Source: an uncultured Acidobacteriota bacterium (GTDB lineage Bacteria; Acidobacteriota; Vicinamibacteria; Vicinamibacterales; UBA2999). Taken from it: a DNA stretch of 64,000 nt. The notes under the pieces are model-generated. The model was given only the letters and a program-made list of their open reading frames with translations. It was not told the DNA's origin and did not search any database. The position numbers were made by a program, and so were the translations under genes. How positions within the stretch are numbered: position 1 is the stretch's first letter; every line of letters starts with the position of its first letter. The stretch covers positions 91,930-155,929 of the forward strand of contig CAVZXA010000007.1 in assembly GCA_963779175.1 (NCBI GenBank), read 5' to 3'. Positions 46,672 to 54,468 of this stretch are shown piece by piece.

Positions 46672-49392
46672 TCGGCGAAGTAATCGGGTCGTACACGATC
46701 ATCGCGAAGCTGGGCGAAGGCGGAATGGGGCAGGTGTTTCGCGCCCGCGACACCAAGCTGAATCGCGACGTGGCGCTCAAGGTGCTGCCCGACTCGTTTG
46801 CCCACGACCCGGAGCGCCTGGCGCGGTTCACGAGGGAAGCGCAAACGCTGGCGGCGCTGAATCACCCGCACATCGCGGCCATCTACGGCCTCGAAGAGTC
46901 ACACGGCGTCCGCGCCCTCGTGATGGAGCTGGTCGAGGGCGACGACCTGTCACAGCGCATCGCCCGTGGCGCGATCCCGCTTGATGAGGCGCTGCCGATC
47001 GCCAGGCAGATCGCCGAGGCGCTCGAAGCCGCGCACGAGCAAGGCATCATCCATCGCGATCTGAAACCCGCGAACATCAAGGTGCGGCCTGACGGCACCG
47101 TGAAGGTGCTGGACTTCGGTCTCGCCAAAGCGCTCGACGCGCACGCGTCGAGCGCGACGGCGGACGCGATGAACTCGCCCACGATTACCACACCCGCCAT
47201 GACGCAGGCCGGGATGATTCTTGGCACCGCGGCCTACATGAGCCCTGAGCAGGCGCGCGGGAAGGTCGTGGACAAGCGCACCGACGTGTTTGCGTTTGGC
47301 GCGGTGCTCTACGAGATGCTGGCCGGCGTGCGCCCGTTCGCGGGCGAAGACGCGACCGAGATGATTGCCGCGGTGGTGAAGTCGACGCCGGACTGGTCGG
47401 CGCTGCCCGCCGACGTGCCGCGTCCGCTCGTCACGCTCATCCAGCGGTGTCTCGAGAAAGACCGCAAGGCGCGGGTCGGCGACATCGCGGTGGCGCGCTT
47501 CCTCTTGGCGGACGCCGCCACGCTGGGTGCCTCGATGCCGGGCGTGGTATCGCCCGCCGCGGTGCCGCGCTCCGCGGCGGCACGCGCGCTGCCGTGGGCC
47601 GTCGCTGGCGCGCTCGGGGTCGGGCTGCTGGCAACGCTCGGGCTGTGGGCGCCGTGGCGCACGGAAGCGCCGGTGGATCGCCCGCTGGTCCGGCTCGACG
47701 TCGACCTGGGCGCAGGCGTGTCGTTGCCCGCTCCGAGTCAGGCAGGCACCAGCGTCGTCATCTCCCCCGATGGCACGCGACTGGTCTACGCCTCCGGCAC
47801 GCCGCCCAGGCTCTTCATTCGCCGGCTCGATCAACCGAACGCCGTGGAGCTCCCAGGAACGCAAGGCGCGATTGCGCCGTTCTTCTCTCCCGATGGGCAG
47901 TGGGTGGGATTCGCTACCGCTCGAGGGGCCAGCAAGATCTCCGTCGAGGGCGGCGCCGTCGTCCCGTTGGGGGATGCCGCCGTGAGGGGTGCGAGTTGGG
48001 ATGCAGACGGCAGCCTCGTCGCGGGCGTTGGGCGCGAGTTGCGGCGGATTGCCACCACGGGCGTCTCACAGGCCCTCGCGGCAATCAGACGACGGCGAAC
48101 TTGGCCTCTATCAACCACAGGTGCTTCCCGGCGGCAGGGCGATCCTGTTTACGGCAGACAATCCAGGTGACGTCGACAGGACCACCATCCAGGTGCTCAC
48201 CCTGGCCGATGGCCGGAAGAAGACCGTGATTCGTGGCGGCGCATCTGCCCGGTATCTGGCCACCGCGAACGGTGCCGGCCATCTGGTCTACGTCAACAAG
48301 ACCACTCTGTTTGCCGTCCCGTTCGACGTGACGACGCTGGACACGCGCGGGGCCGCGGTGCCCATCGTGGACGACCTCGCGTATGACAACACCACTGGTG
48401 TCGGTCAATTCGATGTCTCCGGCACTGGCACGTTGATCCACCGGCGGGCCAGCGGCCGCGGCGAGTCAGGCCAGAAGATTCTGCAGTGGGTCGACTCGGC
48501 CGGCAGGAGGGAACCGCTGCCGGCCGCTCCGGCCAACTACCTCTCGCCAAGAGTGTCCCCGGATGGTGCCAGGGTCGCACTGTGGACCATCGGGCAGCAA
48601 GGCGACCAGGACGTGTGGACGTACGACCCGAAACGAGACGCCATGACGCGACTCACGTTCGGCGAGGTAAACACCCGGCCCATCTGGAGCCCTGACGGGC
48701 GTTACGTGGTGTTCAGCCGTGCGGGCAGCGGGGTGTTTCAGGTGCGCGCCGACGGCGCCCGACAGCCGCAAGCGCTAGTCGCGAGTAAGGTCGTGCTGTA
48801 TCCGTGGTCGTTCACGCCGGACGGTCGGCGGCTGGCCTACTCGGAGGTCGTCACCGGCGCGTCGCAAATCTGGACCGTGCCGCTGGAGGACCGCGGTGGC
48901 GAGTTGAGCGCCGGGACACCTGAGCCGTTCCTCAGGAGCGAGTTCTCCGACACGACGCCGGCGTTCTCACCCGACGGGCGCTGGCTGGCGTATCACTCGA
49001 ACGAATCAGGCACGAATGAGGTCTACGTGCGCCCGTTTCCACCGCCCGCGTCCGGACAGGGCAGCCGTTGGCAGGTGTCGAATAGCGGCGGCACGGCGCC
49101 GCGGTGGTCGCGGAATGGGCGCGAGTTGATGTACCAGGCGGGCGACTCGATCATGGCGGCGGGCTACACGGTGAGCGGGGACGCGTTCGTGGCCGACAAA
49201 CCGCGGGTGTGGATCGCCGCACTCGGCGGCACCAGTGCAACGCTGGGCGGGTGGGATCTGGCACCGGACGGCAAGCGCGTGCTGGTGGTGACGCCGGTGG
49301 AGAGCGCAGACGCGACGAAGGCGGAGCACCACGTCGTGTTCCTGCAGAACTTCTTCGACGAGCTGCGCCGCAAGGTGCCGCTCGGGAAGTAG
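46665..49392 (+). pseudogene. K6: Ser/Thr kinase - TM - TolB/PD40 propeller paralog, one apparent frame break
   Basis: ATG 46665 begins MVIGEVIGSYTIIAKLGEGGMGQVF. Motifs: [27 protein letters not shown]. The break is near 48081-48086, and the tail is in ORF 47989..49392, ending VFLQNFFDELRRKVPLGK. Confidence 0.9.
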
Positions 49393-49394
49393 GC

Positions 49395-50021
49395 TCAGGA
49401 CAGCAGCCGCGTGCGAACATCCTGCACGCGTGCCACCAACTCGGCTGACGCGAGCTCGGGATGGGCTTCGAGCAACGCGAGCACGTCGGCCACATCGTGG
49501 GCCCGCTTGCTGGGGCGGCGCGCAGGCTCCATGGCTGCCGACAGTTTCAGCGCGATGAGGTCGGCGACGCTCGCGACTCGCAACGGCACGCCGCCCTCGA
49601 GCGTTACCACGCTGGCGTGGGTAACGGCCTCGGCAATTCCTTCGTCTTCGGCGGAGAACTGCACGGCGGTACGCTGCTTCAGCGGTGCTGAGCCGGGCGC
49701 ACGCCAGTTGTCGCTGTGCTCGTGACGGCCAGTGTGCTCGAAGCCGGCGGAAAGCAGTGCCTGGCGGGGCACGTCGGCATAGGTAGGCACGGCGAGATCG
49801 ATGTCGAGCGTGGTTCGAGGATCTTCGGTGTGCAGCTGCACGGCGACGCCACCGATGAGGGCGTAGGGCACGCCCTCCCGTTCGAGCAGCTGCGCCACGA
49901 GCCGTAACGGACCTTCTTTGGTGTCCCCATCCGGCAGGCCCATGGTCTCACTCCAGAGGCGATCGAGGGCATACGCCGTGGCCAGACGCTCGCGCGCTTC
50001 CGTGGTCGTTGGCGCCTTCAT
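49395..50021 (-). CDS. Minimal nucleotidyltransferase-fold protein (208 aa), copy 2
   Basis: LIGGVAVQLHTEDPRTTLDIDLAV (GG-x14-DIDL), with C-terminal ..VASVADLIALKLSAA..RAHDVADVLALL. Its stop is 2 bp from the K6 stop (convergent). Confidence 0.75.
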   Translation of the reverse strand: MKAPTTTEARERLATAYALDRLWSETMGLPDGDTKEGPLRLVAQLLEREGVPYALIGGVAVQLHTEDPRTTLDIDLAVPTYADVPRQALLSAGFEHTGRHEHSDNWRAPGSAPLKQRTAVQFSAEDEGIAEAVTHASVVTLEGGVPLRVASVADLIALKLSAAMEPARRPSKRAHDVADVLALLEAHPELASAELVARVQDVRTRLLS

Positions 50022-50085
50022 CGTGCTCGAAGTCTAGCATCGGAACCCCGGCTCCAGACGGCACCGCCGCCCGTCTAATCACGCC

Positions 50086-50193
50086 GTGGCTCTTACCACC
50101 GGTACTCGTCTTGGCGTCTACCAGGTCATCGCCAAGATCGGCCAGGGCGGGATGGGAGAGCCGCGTGTTGGACCGCGTTTCCCGGTGGTATGA
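50086..50193 (+). pseudogene. Orphan kinase N-terminal stub (35 codons)
   Basis: Degenerate -10 TCTAAT 50074-50079, then GTG 50086 encoding [25 protein letters not shown]. Homology to the kinases then stops and the MazEF-type cassette begins. Confidence 0.7.
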
Positions 50194-50206
50194 TGATTCA
50201 TCATAC
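50188..50206. promoter_or_regulatory. Perfect palindrome GTATGATGA-t-TCATCATAC, candidate operator of the RHH-MazF cassette
   Basis: 9-bp arms. It contains TATGAT and CATACT -10-like hexamers and lies just upstream of ATG 50211. Confidence 0.55.
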
Positions 50207-50210
50207 TGCC

Positions 50211-50450
50211 ATGCCCAAGACCAAAGTCGCCTTGACCCTGGATTCCGAGTTGCTCCAGCGCGTGGACCATCTTGTCGCACGCGAGCGCTTCAGAAACCGC
50301 AGCCAAGCCGTGGAGACGGCGCTCGCCGAGAAGCTCGCGCGTTTGGCGCGAACCCGGCTTGCTGAGGAATGCGCGAAGCTCGACCCAGCGGAAGAGCAGC
50401 AGCTCGCTAATGAAGCGCTCGGAGCGGATGCCGCATGGCCCGAATACTGA
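50211..50450 (+). CDS. Ribbon-helix-helix (CopG-like) antitoxin
   Basis: MPKTKVALTLDSELLQRVDHLVARERFRNRSQAVETALAE... The track ORF starts at 50190. It overlaps the MazF gene by 16 nt. Confidence 0.8.
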   Translation: MPKTKVALTLDSELLQRVDHLVARERFRNRSQAVETALAEKLARLARTRLAEECAKLDPAEEQQLANEALGADAAWPEY

Positions 50451-50770
50451 GAGGTGAGGTGCGATGGGCCGATCTCAATCCGGTCCGTGGACACGAACAG
50501 GCCGGCGAGCGCCCCGTGTTGGTACTCAGCCATGATGTCTTCAACGAACGGTCAGGCACGGTGATCGCTGTCGCGCTGACCAGCCAGGAGCCGCGCGCGG
50601 GCTACCCCCTGACGTTGGAACTGGCCTCGGCGAAGCTACCCAAACGCTCGTGGGTGAAGACCAGTCAGATTCGAACCCTGTCCACCGAAAGAATTGGGCG
50701 TCGGTTGGGCCGTGCCTCCGACGAAGAAGTCGGCCGAGTCATCGAAGGGCTGCTGGAAATCGTGGGTTAG
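50435..50770 (+). CDS. mazF: MazF/PemK-family toxin (mRNA interferase)
   Basis: 111-aa ORF reading LRGEVRWADLNPVRGHEQAGERPVLVLSHDVFNERSGTVIAVALTS...WVKTSQIRTLS. Confidence 0.88.
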   Translation: MARILRGEVRWADLNPVRGHEQAGERPVLVLSHDVFNERSGTVIAVALTSQEPRAGYPLTLELASAKLPKRSWVKTSQIRTLSTERIGRRLGRASDEEVGRVIEGLLEIVG

Positions 50771-50831
50771 TGTCTCGGTCAGCGGTTCAACGAATAGACG
50801 ACGCATCACATCGCCACGGCCGCTTGGCCCG

Positions 50832-50846
50832 TATAATCTCGCCGTG
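50832..50846 (+). promoter_or_regulatory. TATAAT-N6-GTG leaderless-type promoter of K7
   Basis: gTATAATctcgccGTGgct, with no SD sequence. Confidence 0.55.
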
Positions 50847-53633
50847 GCTCTCACCCCCGGCACCCGCCTCGGCGTCTACGACGTGCTCGCCGCCATCGGC
50901 GAAGGCGGCATGGGGCAGGTCTGGCGGGCGCGTGACACCAAGCTGAATCGCGATGTGGCGCTCAAGGTGCTGCCCGACTCGTTTGCCCACGACCCGGAGC
51001 GACTGGCGCGGTTCACGCGCGAAGCGCAGACGCTGGCGTCGCTGAATCACCCGCACATTGCGGCCATCTATGGCCTCGAGGAATCGGCCCCCTCAGGCTC
51101 AGGGCAGGCGGGCTCAGGGCAAGCCAACGTCGTTCGCGCCCTCGTGATGGAGCTGGTCGAGGGCGACGATCTCTCACAACGCATCGCCCGTGGCGCGATC
51201 CCGCGCGATGAGGCGCTGCCGATCGCGAAGCAGATCGCCGAGGCGCTCGAAGCCGCGCACGAGCAAGGCATCATCCATCGCGATCTGAAACCCGCGAACA
51301 TCAAGGTGCGGCCTGACGGCACCGTGAAGGTGCTGGACTTCGGCCTTGCCAAGGCGCTCGATCCGGCCACCGCGTCGAGCCCCGCGGCGATCAACTCGCC
51401 CACGATGACGTCTCCCGCGATGACGCAGGCGGGCATCATTCTCGGCACCGCGGCCTACATGTCGCCCGAGCAGGCGAGCGGCAAGGTCGTGGACAAGCGC
51501 GCCGACGTCTGGTCGTTCGGCGTCGTGCTGCTGGAGATGCTCACGGGGCAGCGCCTCTTCGACGGCGAGACGGTGGCCCATACCCTGGCCGATGTGCTGC
51601 GCGGGCCCCTGGATTTCAGTACGCTGCCCGCCGACACGCCCGTGGCGATCCGCGATCTACTGCGGCGCTGTCTGACGCGCGACGTCAAGAAGCGCACGCG
51701 CGACATCGGCGATGCGCGCATTGCGGTCGACGAGGCGATGACGTCGGCGGCCGACGGCACGGCAGCGGGTCCGTCTGAGTCCGGACGCCTTAACGCACAA
51801 CCCGTGTCGACCGGGCGTCACCTGTTGCCGTGGGTGTCGTCGGCTGCGGCACTTGCGTTTGCGATCGCGTGGATGACCACGTGGGCGCCGTGGCGCACGG
51901 AAGCGCCGGTGGATCGCCCGCTGGTCCGGCTCGACGTCGACCTGGGCGTAGGCGTGTCGTTGCCCGCGCCGAGTCAGGCAGGCACCAGCGTCGTCATCTC
52001 CCCCGATGGCACGCGACTGGTCTACGCCTCCGGCACGCCGCCCAGGCTCTTCATGCGCCGGCTCGATCAGACGAATGCCGTGGAACTCCCGGGAACAGAA
52101 GGCGCCACCGCGCCGTTCTTTTCGCCGGACGGGCAGTGGGTGGGTTTCGCTGCCGGTCGCGGGATCAGCAAGATCTCCGTCGATGGCGGCGCGATCGTCC
52201 CGCTTGGGGACGTCGCCGCGTTCCGTGGCGCGAGTTGGGACGGCGATGGCAGCGTCGTGGCGGCAACCGGGCGCGAACTGCGGCGTACTGTCACGAACGG
52301 CGCCCCAGAGGCCCTCGCGCTCGCGGCAGCAGGAGACGGCGAGATTGGCCTGTATCGGCCTCAGATTCTTCCCGGCGGCACGGCGGTCCTGTTCACGGTA
52401 GACAATCCAGGCGACGTGAACCAGTCCACGATTCAGGTGTCGACCGTGGCAGATGGTCAGAGGAAGACCGTGATTCGGGGCGGCGCATCTGGCCGCTACC
52501 TCGCCACGACGGACGGCGCCGGCCATCTCGTCTACGTCAACAGGTCCACGCTCTTTGCGGTGCCGTTCGATCTGACGACGCTGGAGACGCGGGGGGACGC
52601 GGTGCCGATCATCGACAACGTCGCGTCCGAAGACACGGTGGGCATCGGGCAATTCGATGTCTCCGGCGCAGGCACGTTGATCTACCGGCGCGACACCGGC
52701 CGCGGGTCAGCACTGAACACGTTGCAGTGGGTCGATTCGGCCGGCGGGAGGGAACCGCTGCCCGCCGCGCCGACCAGCTGGGTGGGGCCACGCGTGTCTT
52801 CGGATGGCACACGGGTCGCGCTGGGGACCGTGGGGCAGCAGGACACGGACGTGCGGATCTACGACCCACAACGGGACGTCACGACGCGATTGACCTCCGG
52901 AAACCGTGACGCCTTGCCGATCTGGAGTCCTGACGGGCGTCACGTCGTGTTCAGGCGCGCGGGCGTCGGACTGTTTCAGGCGCGCGCCGATGGCGCCCGT
53001 GAGCCGCACGTGCTCGTGCCGGGCAACACCGCGGTGGCTCCGTCGTCGTTCACGCCCGACGGTCGGTGGCTGGCCTACTCGGTGACGGCCACCGGCACGC
53101 GGCAGATCTGGACCGTGCCGATCGAAGACCGCGGCGACGAGTTACACGCGGGCACGCCGCAGCCGTTCCTCGAGAGCCAGTTCGTCGATACGGAGCCGGC
53201 GTTCTCGCCCGACGGGCGCTGGCTGGCGTATCACTCGAACGAGTCAGGCACGAATGAGGTGTACGTGCGCCCATTTCCGCCGCCTGCGTCCGCACAGGGC
53301 AGCCGCTGGCAGGTCTCGAACACCGGCGGCACGGCGCCGCGCTGGTCGCGGAGCGGGCGCGAGCTGATCTACCAGGCAGGCGATCAGATCATGGCGGTGC
53401 GCTACACCGTGAGCGGCGACGCGTTCGTGGCCGACAAACCGCGGGTGTGGATCGCCGCACTCGGCGGCACCACCACCAATGGGCCATCTGCGTGGGACCT
53501 GGCGCCGGACGGCAGGCGCGTGCTGGTGGTGACGCCGGCGGAGGGCGCGGACGCGACGAAGGCGGAGCACCACATCGTGTTCCTGCAGAACTTCTTCGAC
53601 GAGCTGCGCCGCAAGGTGCCGCTGGGGCAGTAG
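50844..53633 (+). CDS. K7: Ser/Thr kinase - TM - TolB/PD40 propeller paralog, intact (929 aa)
   Basis: GTG 50844 begins [31 protein letters not shown] (uninterrupted N-terminus). The kinase motifs, the TM segment LLPWVSSAAALAFAIAWMTTWAPW and the PD40-like repeats are all present. It ends VFLQNFFDELRRKVPLGQ. The track ORF starts further upstream at 50694. Confidence 0.9.
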   Translation: MALTPGTRLGVYDVLAAIGEGGMGQVWRARDTKLNRDVALKVLPDSFAHDPERLARFTREAQTLASLNHPHIAAIYGLEESAPSGSGQAGSGQANVVRALVMELVEGDDLSQRIARGAIPRDEALPIAKQIAEALEAAHEQGIIHRDLKPANIKVRPDGTVKVLDFGLAKALDPATASSPAAINSPTMTSPAMTQAGIILGTAAYMSPEQASGKVVDKRADVWSFGVVLLEMLTGQRLFDGETVAHTLADVLRGPLDFSTLPADTPVAIRDLLRRCLTRDVKKRTRDIGDARIAVDEAMTSAADGTAAGPSESGRLNAQPVSTGRHLLPWVSSAAALAFAIAWMTTWAPWRTEAPVDRPLVRLDVDLGVGVSLPAPSQAGTSVVISPDGTRLVYASGTPPRLFMRRLDQTNAVELPGTEGATAPFFSPDGQWVGFAAGRGISKISVDGGAIVPLGDVAAFRGASWDGDGSVVAATGRELRRTVTNGAPEALALAAAGDGEIGLYRPQILPGGTAVLFTVDNPGDVNQSTIQVSTVADGQRKTVIRGGASGRYLATTDGAGHLVYVNRSTLFAVPFDLTTLETRGDAVPIIDNVASEDTVGIGQFDVSGAGTLIYRRDTGRGSALNTLQWVDSAGGREPLPAAPTSWVGPRVSSDGTRVALGTVGQQDTDVRIYDPQRDVTTRLTSGNRDALPIWSPDGRHVVFRRAGVGLFQARADGAREPHVLVPGNTAVAPSSFTPDGRWLAYSVTATGTRQIWTVPIEDRGDELHAGTPQPFLESQFVDTEPAFSPDGRWLAYHSNESGTNEVYVRPFPPPASAQGSRWQVSNTGGTAPRWSRSGRELIYQAGDQIMAVRYTVSGDAFVADKPRVWIAALGGTTTNGPSAWDLAPDGRRVLVVTPAEGADATKAEHHIVFLQNFFDELRRKVPLGQ
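51087..51125 (+). repeat. In-frame SGQA-type short repeat insertion in the K7 kinase domain
   Basis: gccccctcaggctcagggcaggcgggctcagggcaagcc encodes APSGSGQAGSGQA, with a 15-bp unit duplicated. Confidence 0.7.
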
Positions 53634-53635
53634 GC

Positions 53636-54262
53636 TCAGGACAGCAGCCGCGTGCGAACATCCTGCACGCGTGCCAGCAACTCGGCTGACGCGAGCTCGG
53701 GATGGGCTTCGAGCAACGCGAGCACGTCGGCCACATCGTGGGCCCGCTTGCTGGGGCGGCGCGCCGGCTCCATGGCCGCCGACAGTTTCAGCGCGATCAG
53801 GTCGGCCACGCTCGCCACTCGCAACGGCACGTCGCCCTCGAGCGTTACCACGCTGGCGCGCGTGACGGCCTCGGCAATCCCTTCGTCTTCGGCCGAGAAC
53901 TGCACGGCGGTACGCTGCTTCAGTGGTGCTGAGCCGGGCGCACGCCAGTTGTCGCTGTGCTCGTGACGGCCAGTGTGCTCGAAGCCGGCGGCAGGCAGTG
54001 CCTCGCGGGGCACATCGGCATAGGTGGGCACGGCGAGATCGATGTCGAGCGTGGTTCGAGGGTCTTCGGTGTGCAGCTGCACGGCAACGCCTCCGATGAG
54101 GGCGTAGGGCACGCCCTCCCGTTCGAGCAGCTGCGCCACGAGCCGTAACGGACCTTCTTTGGTGTCCCCATCCGGCAGGCCCATGGTCTCACTCCAGAGT
54201 CGATCGAGGGCATACGCCGTGGCCGGACGCTCGCGCGCTTCCGTGGTCGTTGGGCCCTTCAT
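53636..54262 (-). CDS. Minimal nucleotidyltransferase-fold protein (208 aa), copy 3
   Basis: Nearly identical to 49395..50021. Its stop is 2 bp from the K7 stop. Its start faces the K8 promoter across 65 bp. Confidence 0.75.
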   Translation of the reverse strand: MKGPTTTEARERPATAYALDRLWSETMGLPDGDTKEGPLRLVAQLLEREGVPYALIGGVAVQLHTEDPRTTLDIDLAVPTYADVPREALPAAGFEHTGRHEHSDNWRAPGSAPLKQRTAVQFSAEDEGIAEAVTRASVVTLEGDVPLRVASVADLIALKLSAAMEPARRPSKRAHDVADVLALLEAHPELASAELLARVQDVRTRLLS

Positions 54263-54315
54263 CGTGCTCGAAGTCTAGCATCGGAACACCGGGCTCCCGA
54301 CGGCATCCCAGCCCG

Positions 54316-54468
54316 TATAATCTCGCCGTGGCCCTCACCCCCGGCACCCGTCTCGGCGTCTACGACGTGCTCGCCGCCATCGGCGAAGGCGGCCCGCCTT
54401 CGCTCGCGCATGAGGCGTGCGAGCTTCGGCGAGGTCTCGCCGTAGCCCGATGGGGCTCGACATGGTGA
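54316..54468 (+). promoter_or_regulatory. K8 5' region: TATAAT-N6-GTG promoter, kinase-stub uORF, hairpin element, uORF stop overlapping the K8 ATG
   Basis: TATAAT 54316-54321, GTG 54328, hairpin element 54393-54451. TGA 54466-54468 overlaps ATG 54462. Confidence 0.6.

Noticed and set aside
50694-50843. Upstream extension of K7 to the track start at 50694
   Set aside because: The extension overlaps the mazF 3' end. It lacks similarity to the other paralogs, all of which begin at (V/L)ALTPGTRLG directly after a TATAAT box.
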